From an archaeon (GTDB lineage Archaea; Nanobdellota; Nanobdellia; Woesearchaeales; GW2011-AR9): DNA of 64,000 bases. Position 1 is the stretch's first letter, and each line of letters begins with the position of its first letter. Below are positions 20,717 through 28,980 of this stretch, in pieces. Both the position numbers and the translations under genes were made by a program. Where the stretch lies: assembly GCA_018697095.1 (NCBI GenBank), contig JABHSG010000003.1, positions 356,839 through 420,838 of the forward strand, given 5' to 3'. A model generated the notes under the pieces. It was not told the DNA's origin and did not search any database. It saw only the letters and a program-made list of their open reading frames with translations.

Positions 20717-21181
20717 ATGGATAAAATAAAACCTATCGACAAGAAAATCTTGAAACTAATCCAGGACAAAGATTTGTGTGTTCCCAGGATCACTAAAATA
20801 GCGCATCAGCTAGGTTTACCTACTTCAACTGTGCAAGCAAGAATAAAAAAATTACAGGATATGGATGTGATTAAAGGGTTCACAGTTTTAGTTGATCCTG
20901 AGAAATTAAATAAAGGATATGTAGCATTTGTTTTTGGACAAGCAAAATTAGGAAAAGATATTGATTTAGAAAGTCCTGCAAAAAAATTAGCCAGAATTCC
21001 TCAAGTACAAGAAGTATTTTACATAACTGGTGATTATGATTATTTAGTGAAATTAAGAGTAAGTGATAAAGAAGAATATTTTAAGGTCATTCAAAAAGTT
21101 GCTAAATGTTTTGATTTGCGAGGTAAAGGAATAATTGCTCCTAGATGTTTCAAAGACAGCCCCAAGATAGTTATTGATTAA
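20717..21181 (+). CDS. Lrp/AsnC family transcriptional regulator
   Basis: DKKILKLIQ..IAHQLGL.TSTVQARIKKL..VIKGF; ITGDYDYLVKL. Confidence 0.93.
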   Translation: MDKIKPIDKKILKLIQDKDLCVPRITKIAHQLGLPTSTVQARIKKLQDMDVIKGFTVLVDPEKLNKGYVAFVFGQAKLGKDIDLESPAKKLARIPQVQEVFYITGDYDYLVKLRVSDKEEYFKVIQKVAKCFDLRGKGIIAPRCFKDSPKIVID

Positions 21182-21278
21182 ATTTATTACAAATAATTAG
21201 AAAATAAAATTAAAAAAACTTTTGCTTAATCAGAAGTAACTCTCAGACATATTTTCAACATCAAAAAGAGCTGTACTA

Positions 21279-22379
21279 TTAATTTTCCAAAACTTCCTTT
21301 AGTGCCAGATAAATTTTATCATTACTTTTTTCATCCTTCACTGCAACCCTAATGAAATCTTGATTAAATTGCGAACTCATTGAAGTAGCATTACGGATGT
21401 AAATATTTTTCTGAATCAACTCTTCACAAACATCTTGTGCTAACTTACCAGTTTCTTTAATTCCAATCAAAATAAAATTTGCACACCCAGGGTATACTCT
21501 TGCTCCTGGCAAACCTTGCAACCTTGCAACAAACTCTTTTCGTAGTTCATTTGTCTTAGAAATTTTCTCCAAGTAATAATCTTCACTTTTCAAAGCTTCA
21601 ATCCCTGCAACTTGCCCAATTAATCCAACTGACCATGGTGGAATGAAAGGTTTAATCATATCAATCACAGTTGAATGCGCAGCCAAGTAACCAACTCTTG
21701 CTCCACTTAATGCATAAACTTTTGACATTGATTTTAGAACAACTAAATTAGGATAATTTACAACTAATGCTTCTACAGATTCTGCTCTGCCAACATAATC
21801 AATGTATGTTTCATCAATAAACAAAATTGTTTCTTTAGGTATTTTAGATAACAATTCTTTTACTTCTATTTTTGTCAAATATACTCCTGTTGGACTATTT
21901 GGGTTCACAATAGCAAGCATATCACTTCCAGCACATCCTTGCACCAACTCATTTACATTAATTTTGAATCCAGCTTCTGGCTTTTGTTTAATCCTTCTAA
22001 TATCTTTTTTCAAGACGTTTTCAAAGATATGAGTGTACTCTCCATACATTGGGTCCAAAATAGATACAGAATCAAATTTGTAGTTTGGAAAAAATGCAAA
22101 CATCAAGTCAGATGATCCACCACCAACAATCAAATTTTCTTTAGGGATTCCTCTCGCTTCTGAAATTGTATTAACTAGTCCTTCTGAGTTTGTTGGTGGA
22201 CTATTTTTAAGTAGCCAAGATAAATGTTCACTAAGTGCATTAATCACGTTCGGTGCTGGTTTAAACCAGGCATCTGTGACGTCAGCTCTAATAATTTCAT
22301 TCTTAGAATCTAATCTGTCAAAGTTTATTCCTACGGCATTAAAGGATGCTCCTCCATGAAAACATTTAATTTTGATCAC
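21279..22379 (-). CDS. PLP-dependent class I/II aminotransferase (HisC/CobD-like)
   Basis: VNPNSPTG, IDETY, KSMSKVYALSGARVGY, ANF, IRVAV. Confidence 0.9.
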   Translation of the reverse strand: MIKIKCFHGGASFNAVGINFDRLDSKNEIIRADVTDAWFKPAPNVINALSEHLSWLLKNSPPTNSEGLVNTISEARGIPKENLIVGGGSSDLMFAFFPNYKFDSVSILDPMYGEYTHIFENVLKKDIRRIKQKPEAGFKINVNELVQGCAGSDMLAIVNPNSPTGVYLTKIEVKELLSKIPKETILFIDETYIDYVGRAESVEALVVNYPNLVVLKSMSKVYALSGARVGYLAAHSTVIDMIKPFIPPWSVGLIGQVAGIEALKSEDYYLEKISKTNELRKEFVARLQGLPGARVYPGCANFILIGIKETGKLAQDVCEELIQKNIYIRNATSMSSQFNQDFIRVAVKDEKSNDKIYLALKEVLEN

Positions 22380-22510
22380 CTGTGTTTTTCCTCCAAACCC
22401 GCCATATTTTCAAAAAGGTGTTTAAACATAAATACTTGGTTAACTCTTAATTAAACTAAAGGTTCAACCATTACAAAAAGTTTAAATAAGCGCAGGATAA
22501 TTACAAATAC

Positions 22511-23368
22511 ATGGCTTTAGCAGTTATTGACAAAAGATATGGGGAAGCTACTAAAACCACGCATGACTTGATTCTTTTAGTTCTAGCCAAAGAATATCCC
22601 TTAACTATTGGTCAGATCACAAAAAGAATCAAGGTCAGCTTCAAGGTCAAAATAACCTTTCAAGCTATTCGTAAAAGTCTTAACATTCTTGTAGGAAGAA
22701 AAGTACTCAAAGTACTAGGTCAGAACTACCAAATAGATAAAAATTATGTGACTGAATTAAAAAGGCTAAGTGATCAGTTAATGACTAATTATTATCCAGG
22801 TGAAGATAAAACTCAAAAATCAATTCCTAAAGAACAAGTTCACTCTGAGTTCATTTTTGATAATCTGATTCAAGCAGATCAATATTGGTCAGAAGTAGTT
22901 TTACATTGGGCATACAACCTAAAAGAAGAAGATGATCATAGATTTTTCTTTCACGGACCTCATTGTTGGTATGTCTTTGGTCATTTGGGATTAGAGAGTG
23001 AATTCCTTCTAAAATTAAATTCACTTGGTGTCAAGTCGTACTACCTTATTGAAAACGATACATTGCTTGATCGGTGGACAAAACAATTTTACGAAGATCA
23101 CAAGGTAAAGTATATTACAAAAAAAAATGGTTCAACAGAAATGAAAACCGCGCTTGGTGTTTTTGGTAATTCAATAATTCAATATGATTATCCTGAAGAA
23201 TTAAATAAGTCAATTAACAATTTTTATAATTCTAGTAAGAAAGTATCTTCTATTAATTTGACAAAGATAGCTCATGCACTAAAATTTAAAGTTAAATTAA
23301 AATTATTTGTAATGAAAAATAATATTATTGCGAACAAAATTAAAAGAGAGATTATAACCAATTTTTAA
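22511..23368 (+). CDS. putative transcriptional regulator, N-terminal winged helix
   Basis: LIL.VL..EYPLT..QI..RI.....ITFQAIRKSL..L....VL wHTH pattern; divergent from the aminotransferase. Confidence 0.7.
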   Translation: MALAVIDKRYGEATKTTHDLILLVLAKEYPLTIGQITKRIKVSFKVKITFQAIRKSLNILVGRKVLKVLGQNYQIDKNYVTELKRLSDQLMTNYYPGEDKTQKSIPKEQVHSEFIFDNLIQADQYWSEVVLHWAYNLKEEDDHRFFFHGPHCWYVFGHLGLESEFLLKLNSLGVKSYYLIENDTLLDRWTKQFYEDHKVKYITKKNGSTEMKTALGVFGNSIIQYDYPEELNKSINNFYNSSKKVSSINLTKIAHALKFKVKLKLFVMKNNIIANKIKREIITNF

Positions 23369-23407
23369 TAAAGAAATATTATTTAGAAATTTAAAATAAT
23401 TACAAAC

Positions 23408-23827
23408 TTACTCTGCCTTAGCAGCAGGTGATGGAGTTTCAGGTGCTTTTGTTTCAACTGCAACCTTTGCTTCAACTTTTTTCTCTTCTACTTTAGCAGG
23501 TTTTGCCTTAACAGCTTTCTTCTCTACTTTCTTAGAATCAGATTTTTTAGAACTTGTTTTCTTAGCGTCAACAAGACTTGCACGAACAACGCCTTCTTTG
23601 TCTTTAACTGCAAATACTTTGATGTGGTGCGGAGGGTTCTTTCCACCATGTTTCCACATTTCTTCGTTAACAGCTTTGTCTAGACGAATATCTGAGGATT
23701 TCATGTGTTTAGCAAGAAATTCTTTTGCAGCAGTAACTGCTTTTTTGGTTTTTCTCCAACGTGGAACTTTTTGAAATGCCCGTCTAACTGGGATGTTATA
23801 AGTTCTTTCGATTGTATCTGCTGCCAT
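23408..23827 (-). CDS. rpl31e: 50S ribosomal protein L31e
   Basis: ERTYNIP, KHMK, VNEEMW..G..NPP..I.V; Lys/Ala-rich tail. Confidence 0.95.
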   Translation of the reverse strand: MAADTIERTYNIPVRRAFQKVPRWRKTKKAVTAAKEFLAKHMKSSDIRLDKAVNEEMWKHGGKNPPHHIKVFAVKDKEGVVRASLVDAKKTSSKKSDSKKVEKKAVKAKPAKVEEKKVEAKVAVETKAPETPSPAAKAE

Positions 23828-23894
23828 AAATTACTCCGTCATTTGTGGCTCAAAAATTTGCAAACAAATTTTTTTCTGCCATTTTTTAATTAAT

Positions 23895-24068
23895 TTATAA
23901 TTTGATGTTTGTTCGTCTCCAACTACGCTTAACATGAGTTAATCGTGATGGGTGTACTCTTTTTCCTTTCCCATAAGTTTTCAAAACTGTCCAAAAAGGA
24001 GCCCATCTAGTTTGGAAACCTCGCTTAAGTAAACGTTTTTTGAGTGATGGGTGTTTGTTTCGTGCCAT
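23895..24068 (-). CDS. rpl39e: 50S ribosomal protein L39e (missing from ORF track)
   Basis: Hand translation MARNKHPSLKKRLLKRGFQTRWAPFWTVLKTYGKGKRVHPSRLTHVKRSWRRTNIKL; canonical position between rps19e and rpl31e. Confidence 0.92.
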   Translation of the reverse strand: MARNKHPSLKKRLLKRGFQTRWAPFWTVLKTYGKGKRVHPSRLTHVKRSWRRTNIKL

Positions 24069-24087
24069 AGTAGTATTTTAAAATGAT

Positions 24088-24606
24088 TTATTCTTGAGTT
24101 TTTTCGCTAGCTTCAGGTTTTTCTTCAGCTTTAGGTGCTTCTTTTTTTGGAGCAGCAGCTTTAGTTTTAGCTGGTCGACTCTCTTTGTAAATTCCAACTG
24201 CAATCTTGTCAAGAAAACTTGTTCCTTTAGGGGTCAAGATTCTTCCTTTGAAACTGCCTTTTTGAGTTTGCGATATTAATCCACTTTTCTCAAGTTGTTG
24301 TAAAATTTTACGAATAATAGATCCTGATGCTTTGTAAAAGTGTCCAGGCTTGTGTCCACGGTTCTTCTTTCCACCAAATTTGTGACGAAGTTTTTGTGTT
24401 CCAATAGGTCCAGTTGCTGCTACACTTCTTAAAATTGCAGCTGAACGAACAAACCACCAATCAGGGTTGTCAGGTAAACGTTCTTTGTGGTGCCCAGTTT
24501 TAACAAACTGTGCCCATTCTGTTGCTTCAACAGATCCTTCGGTTTTAAGTGCATCAGCTGCTTTCTCAATGAGTTTTCCAGCATCTACACGCATAATGTG
24601 AGTCAT
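24088..24606 (-). CDS. rps19e: 30S ribosomal protein S19e
   Basis: WAQFVKTG..KER.P...DWWFVRSAAILR, SGSIIRKILQQLE, GRILTPKG. Confidence 0.96.
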   Translation of the reverse strand: MTHIMRVDAGKLIEKAADALKTEGSVEATEWAQFVKTGHHKERLPDNPDWWFVRSAAILRSVAATGPIGTQKLRHKFGGKKNRGHKPGHFYKASGSIIRKILQQLEKSGLISQTQKGSFKGRILTPKGTSFLDKIAVGIYKESRPAKTKAAAPKKEAPKAEEKPEASEKTQE

Positions 24607-24773
24607 AAGACCTCCGCGACCCATTTTGTTTATAAAGCTTGCGGTGATCCTTAACGGATCAGCTCAAGTTCAGCAAGATTTCCTTGCTGTGGCTTTCTGT
24701 ACGTAGCAAGAAAATTCAGTAAGATTCTCTTACCTCCACAACTTATTTAAGCAAAATCAAGTATTTTCCCTAA

Positions 24774-25112
24774 ATGAAATTCCAAGAAATAAATAGTAAA
24801 GCTGTAAAAATCACAATCAATGAAACAATTGATGGGGAAAACCAAGAAATTGCAAGAGCTTTCATATTTTTAATAACTAACGCGCTTCACGACAAACCAT
24901 ATGGTTTATTAGAGGATGTTTATGTGCAGGAATCTCATCGAGGCAAAGGCCTTGGTAAACAAATAACTAATGAAGCAATCAAAAAAGCAAAAGAGCTTGG
25001 CTGCTATAAATTCATTTGTACTTCCAGGTTCCCAAAAGAATTCATACACGAGATGTATGAAAAATTAGGTTTCACAAAACACGGTTTCGAGTTCCGTATG
25101 AATTTAGATTGA
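24774..25112 (+). CDS. GNAT acetyltransferase (GNA1-like motifs)
   Basis: LEDVYV..HRGKGLGK, GCYK, YEKLGF. Confidence 0.88.
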   Translation: MKFQEINSKAVKITINETIDGENQEIARAFIFLITNALHDKPYGLLEDVYVQESHRGKGLGKQITNEAIKKAKELGCYKFICTSRFPKEFIHEMYEKLGFTKHGFEFRMNLD

Positions 25113-25220
25113 ACCTTCTATTTCTACTCAAACTTTCATTAGCTCTCAACTTGTTGAAAAGTTTAGCAGGTCTGAACATAATTGCAAAACCCTTATAACC
25201 ACTTCTTCTTGATTTTATAC

Positions 25221-26570
25221 ATGAAATTATTTGGAACTGACGGTATTCGTGGTAAAGCAAATGTTTATCCAATCACTGCTGAAATGGCTCTTAAACTCGG
25301 TAAGGCAGTTGGTATTGTGTTTCGCAATGGAAAAAAAACCAAAACCAAAATAATTATTGGTAAAGATACTCGGCTCAGTGGTTATTTAATTGAATCAGCA
25401 TTAGTAGCTGGTCTTGTATCAGTAGGTGTTGATGCATACCTTGTTGGTCCAATGCCAACTCCAGCAGTTGCACACTTAACAAAAAGTTTTGCAGCAGACG
25501 CAGGAATTGTAATTACTGCCTCGCACAATCCTTACATGGACAACGGGATAAAATTCTTTGATCGTCATGGCTGGAAAATTGACAATGAAACTATAAACAA
25601 AATTGAAGAATTGACTTTACAAGAAAATATCAGTACTCAAAATATTACTGGTGATCAAATTGGTCAGGCCCACAGAATTGATGACGCCAGAGGCCGATAC
25701 ATTGAGTTTGCTAAAAACTCCATCAATAACCGATCTTTAGCAGGGATCAAAGTAGTTCTTGACTGTGCAAATGGCGCAGCGTACAATATTGCAAAATTTA
25801 TTCTAAAAGAATTAGGAGCACAAGTAATCACACTTAATGCGAGTCCAAATGGAAGAAACATTAATGATAACTGCGGTGCAACACATCCTGAACTTATTGC
25901 AAAAGAAGTTATTAATCATAATGCTAACTGTGGGATTGCTCTTGATGGTGATGCTGATAGGATTGTTATGGTCGATGAAAATGGAAATGTTTTGGACGGG
26001 GATTTTATTATAGCAATTGCTGCAAATTATCTCAAACAAACAAACTCTCTTACTAATAACACTGTTATCCAAACTGTGATGGTTAACCAAGGCTTCGTTT
26101 CTTCAATGAATCAGCTTGGCATAAAAACTATTCAAACCAAAGTTGGTGACAAGCACGTTCTCAAAAAAATGCGTGAATTAGGGGCTGTACTTGGTGGAGA
26201 ACAATCAGGTCACATTGCATTTTTAGAGCATTGCACTACTGGCGATGGTATGATCACTGGTCTTAAAATACTTGATATCATGCAAAAAACCCAAAAACCA
26301 CTTAGCGAACTTTCAAAAGTTATGACTAAATTTCCTCAAGTCCTAATTAATCTTGAAGTAAAACAAAAACCTGCTTTGGAATCACTTTCTACTCTTAATC
26401 AATTAATCACTAACGCAAAAAATCAACTTCAAGATACTGGGAAAGTTTTAGTTCGTTATTCTGGAACTCAAATGCAATTACGTGTTATGGTACAAGGGCA
26501 AGACAAAGAGCAAATAACAATCCTCGCTCAAGAAATCGCAGATCATGCTAAAAAAGTAATTAATGTATGA
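25221..26570 (+). CDS. glmM: phosphoglucosamine mutase
   Basis: LFGTDGIRG, GKDTRLSG, TASHNP, DGDADR, GGEQSGH, RYSGT. Confidence 0.93.
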   Translation: MKLFGTDGIRGKANVYPITAEMALKLGKAVGIVFRNGKKTKTKIIIGKDTRLSGYLIESALVAGLVSVGVDAYLVGPMPTPAVAHLTKSFAADAGIVITASHNPYMDNGIKFFDRHGWKIDNETINKIEELTLQENISTQNITGDQIGQAHRIDDARGRYIEFAKNSINNRSLAGIKVVLDCANGAAYNIAKFILKELGAQVITLNASPNGRNINDNCGATHPELIAKEVINHNANCGIALDGDADRIVMVDENGNVLDGDFIIAIAANYLKQTNSLTNNTVIQTVMVNQGFVSSMNQLGIKTIQTKVGDKHVLKKMRELGAVLGGEQSGHIAFLEHCTTGDGMITGLKILDIMQKTQKPLSELSKVMTKFPQVLINLEVKQKPALESLSTLNQLITNAKNQLQDTGKVLVRYSGTQMQLRVMVQGQDKEQITILAQEIADHAKKVINV

Positions 26571-26667
26571 TTTTTACAATTCAAATTATAGCTCAAAAGT
26601 CCTCCAAAAACATATACATAGTATGCAATAGATTTGTAAACTAAAAAGAATAAAGAAGGTGTTTGAT

Positions 26668-27867
26668 ATGAAAGTAATTATTTTAGCAGCAGGCAAAGCA
26701 ACTAGGATAACTCCATTTTCTCAAACTAAACCAAAGGCTCTAATTAAACTCGCAAATATTCCTCTTCTTGAGCACACTTTCAAAGCGCTTACAAAAGTTA
26801 CTCCAATGGTAACTGATGTTATCTTAGTTACTGGCTACAAAGAAGCTATGATCAAAGAGCATTTCAAAGATTCTTATGAAAATATTTCTATCTCTTATGT
26901 TACTCAGCATGAGCAAAAAGGAACAGGGCACGCAGCCCTTCAAGCAAAAGAATTTTTCAAAACCCCTAATGAACAATTTCTTCTTCTCAATGGTGATGAT
27001 ATTTATTCTTGGCAAGATCTCCAAAGTCTAACTCAATTCCCAAGCACCATCCTTCTTCAAGAAAAAGAAGATGTATCAGCTTTTGGTGTTGTCGAGGTAA
27101 CGCAGCAAATAGTTCATCTAAATAATCAAGATGTAATTGTTCATAAAGTAAAATCTTTTGTGGAAAAACCTCAGGGCGTTCCTCCATCTAATTTTATCAA
27201 TACTGGTGCATTTGCTTTTACAAGCAAACTCTTTCCAATTCTCGAAGATTTGAGAGAATCACCACGTGGTGAGTATGAATTAACTGATGCTGTAAAAGCT
27301 CTTGCAAAGCAAGATAAAATGCATGCTATCTTCACAAAACATTTGTGGTCTCCAGTAGGTTATCCTTGGAATATTATTGAAACAACAAAATTACTTTTAG
27401 AAAAAAGACTTAACAACCAAATTTTTCATCATGGAACTGTTTCTTCAGGCGCTGTTATTGAGGAAGATGTATCTATTGATCGCGGTAGCAAAATTGCTAA
27501 AGGAGTTAGGATAACTGGTCTTGTGGCAATTGGAAAAAATGTTACAATTAAAGAAAATTGTACAGTCTCTGGAACTGTTGCAATTGCTGATAATTCAGTC
27601 ATAGAAAAGAACTGCATCATTTCAAATACTATCATTGGGTCATCCACAATTGTCAAACAAAATTGTCGTCTTCACGATTCTGTGATTGGAGATAGTGTAA
27701 TCATCCAAGAAAACATTGCCACAAATACTATCTTACCAGACCAAACAATCAAAGTACAAATCAAAGGAAAACTTTTTGATACCAAACTTCATCAACTAGG
27801 TGCTTTTATCGCCGACAAAATTCAATTAAATCAGAATACAAATCCAGGTGAAATTGTTTTAGGTTAA
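26668..27867 (+). CDS. sugar-1-phosphate nucleotidyltransferase with hexapeptide (LbH) domain, archaeal GlmU-like
   Basis: ILAAGKATR..P....PKAL, GTGHA, NGDD, VEKP, SPRGEYELTDA, YPWNI, followed by LbH repeats. Confidence 0.88.
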   Translation: MKVIILAAGKATRITPFSQTKPKALIKLANIPLLEHTFKALTKVTPMVTDVILVTGYKEAMIKEHFKDSYENISISYVTQHEQKGTGHAALQAKEFFKTPNEQFLLLNGDDIYSWQDLQSLTQFPSTILLQEKEDVSAFGVVEVTQQIVHLNNQDVIVHKVKSFVEKPQGVPPSNFINTGAFAFTSKLFPILEDLRESPRGEYELTDAVKALAKQDKMHAIFTKHLWSPVGYPWNIIETTKLLLEKRLNNQIFHHGTVSSGAVIEEDVSIDRGSKIAKGVRITGLVAIGKNVTIKENCTVSGTVAIADNSVIEKNCIISNTIIGSSTIVKQNCRLHDSVIGDSVIIQENIATNTILPDQTIKVQIKGKLFDTKLHQLGAFIADKIQLNQNTNPGEIVLG

Positions 27868-27923
27868 ATAATTTATTTTATCTTCTTCCAAGCCATTTCA
27901 ATCATTATTTCTTTTCTATTTTC

Positions 27924-28709
27924 TCATTTTGCAGTTTTCCAAAGTGCTGCAAATTGCGCTCTATAACTTTTTGCACTAGTTTTATCTTTAAGCAAAAAGC
28001 AAATTGGGCTGCCATGTACGTGCATGGTCACAACATAATCTCCACTAACTAAAATCCAGGCTGGACTCTCGTCTCCTTTTTCTAAATATTTTACTTTTGC
28101 ACGTGAAAAAGAATTTTTTGCCTTTTGTTTCATCCCACCATTATATAATATTTTAATTGGAACTTTTGCTTCTTCGCGTCTTTCATTCCAGTCATACAAA
28201 TATCCTTTGAATTTGTCTAATGCTTCTTGTGGAGCTCCTAAAACAAGTACTTCTTCGTGTTTAACGCCTTCACTTCCTTTAGAAACTTCTGATAAAATGA
28301 ATTCATAACATGTTTTAAATCCTTTAATTCCTTCAAACACTTCTGCATGTACTTCTTCTCTTGTTTGCGTAAATTCTTCTTCAAGTATTGGCATGATCTC
28401 TTTGAGTTTTTTCTCTTTCAAAGACAAACGTGCCATCTCTGATTGAACAAATCTAAGCAAATTTTTTGGATCTTGTGCTGCAAACTCCTTGACTTTGTTA
28501 CGTACAACATATGAAACAAGTCCCTTCAAAATTAGTTTGTCAAGTACTTGGTATACTTTTCCTGAACCAACACCTGATTTTTTAACAATGCTTCCAGTTG
28601 TAGACTGTCCAAGTCCAAGTAGTGCAAAATAAACCTTCACTTCTGATCCAGTAAACCCTAGCCCTTCCAAAAGCCCACCGTACTCTAAAATTAAATTATC
28701 ACTTACCAT
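27924..28709 (-). CDS. TrmB family transcriptional regulator
   Basis: LGFT.SE.KVYFALL.LG, VYQVLDKL..KGLV, EVFEGIKG. Confidence 0.9.
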   Translation of the reverse strand: MVSDNLILEYGGLLEGLGFTGSEVKVYFALLGLGQSTTGSIVKKSGVGSGKVYQVLDKLILKGLVSYVVRNKVKEFAAQDPKNLLRFVQSEMARLSLKEKKLKEIMPILEEEFTQTREEVHAEVFEGIKGFKTCYEFILSEVSKGSEGVKHEEVLVLGAPQEALDKFKGYLYDWNERREEAKVPIKILYNGGMKQKAKNSFSRAKVKYLEKGDESPAWILVSGDYVVTMHVHGSPICFLLKDKTSAKSYRAQFAALWKTAK

Positions 28710-28863
28710 GGTGGTAGTAAAAATGCTCCCTTCTAAAAAACTTACTACTACTTTGGTGGTAGCGATCCTTTTTAACCAAAACTACCTTTATTTAATTTCC
28801 AGAAAGCAGTGGTGGTTTTCTTGCATGTTTTGTAATGCTCATGTGAGGTGATTTACTGCTTAC

Positions 28864-28915
28864 GCTAAAAGAGCAAGGTTGAGGGACCTTGCTTTCTTAG
28901 CTCTTTTTTCTTTTA
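28864..28915 (+). terminator. strong hairpin followed by T-tract
   Basis: GCTAAAAGAGCAAGGT-TGAGGG-ACCTTGCTTTCTTAGC then TCTTTTTTCTTTT. Confidence 0.5.
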
Positions 28916-28980
28916 AAAATTAATAATCAAAAAACAACACAAATATAAAGCGAAATTCTTTCTTTACTTACGGTGTATTG

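Noticed and set aside
24645-24733. tRNA-like cloverleaf or mini-CRISPR
   Set aside because: No T-loop or acceptor stem; only two imperfect repeats and no cas genes.
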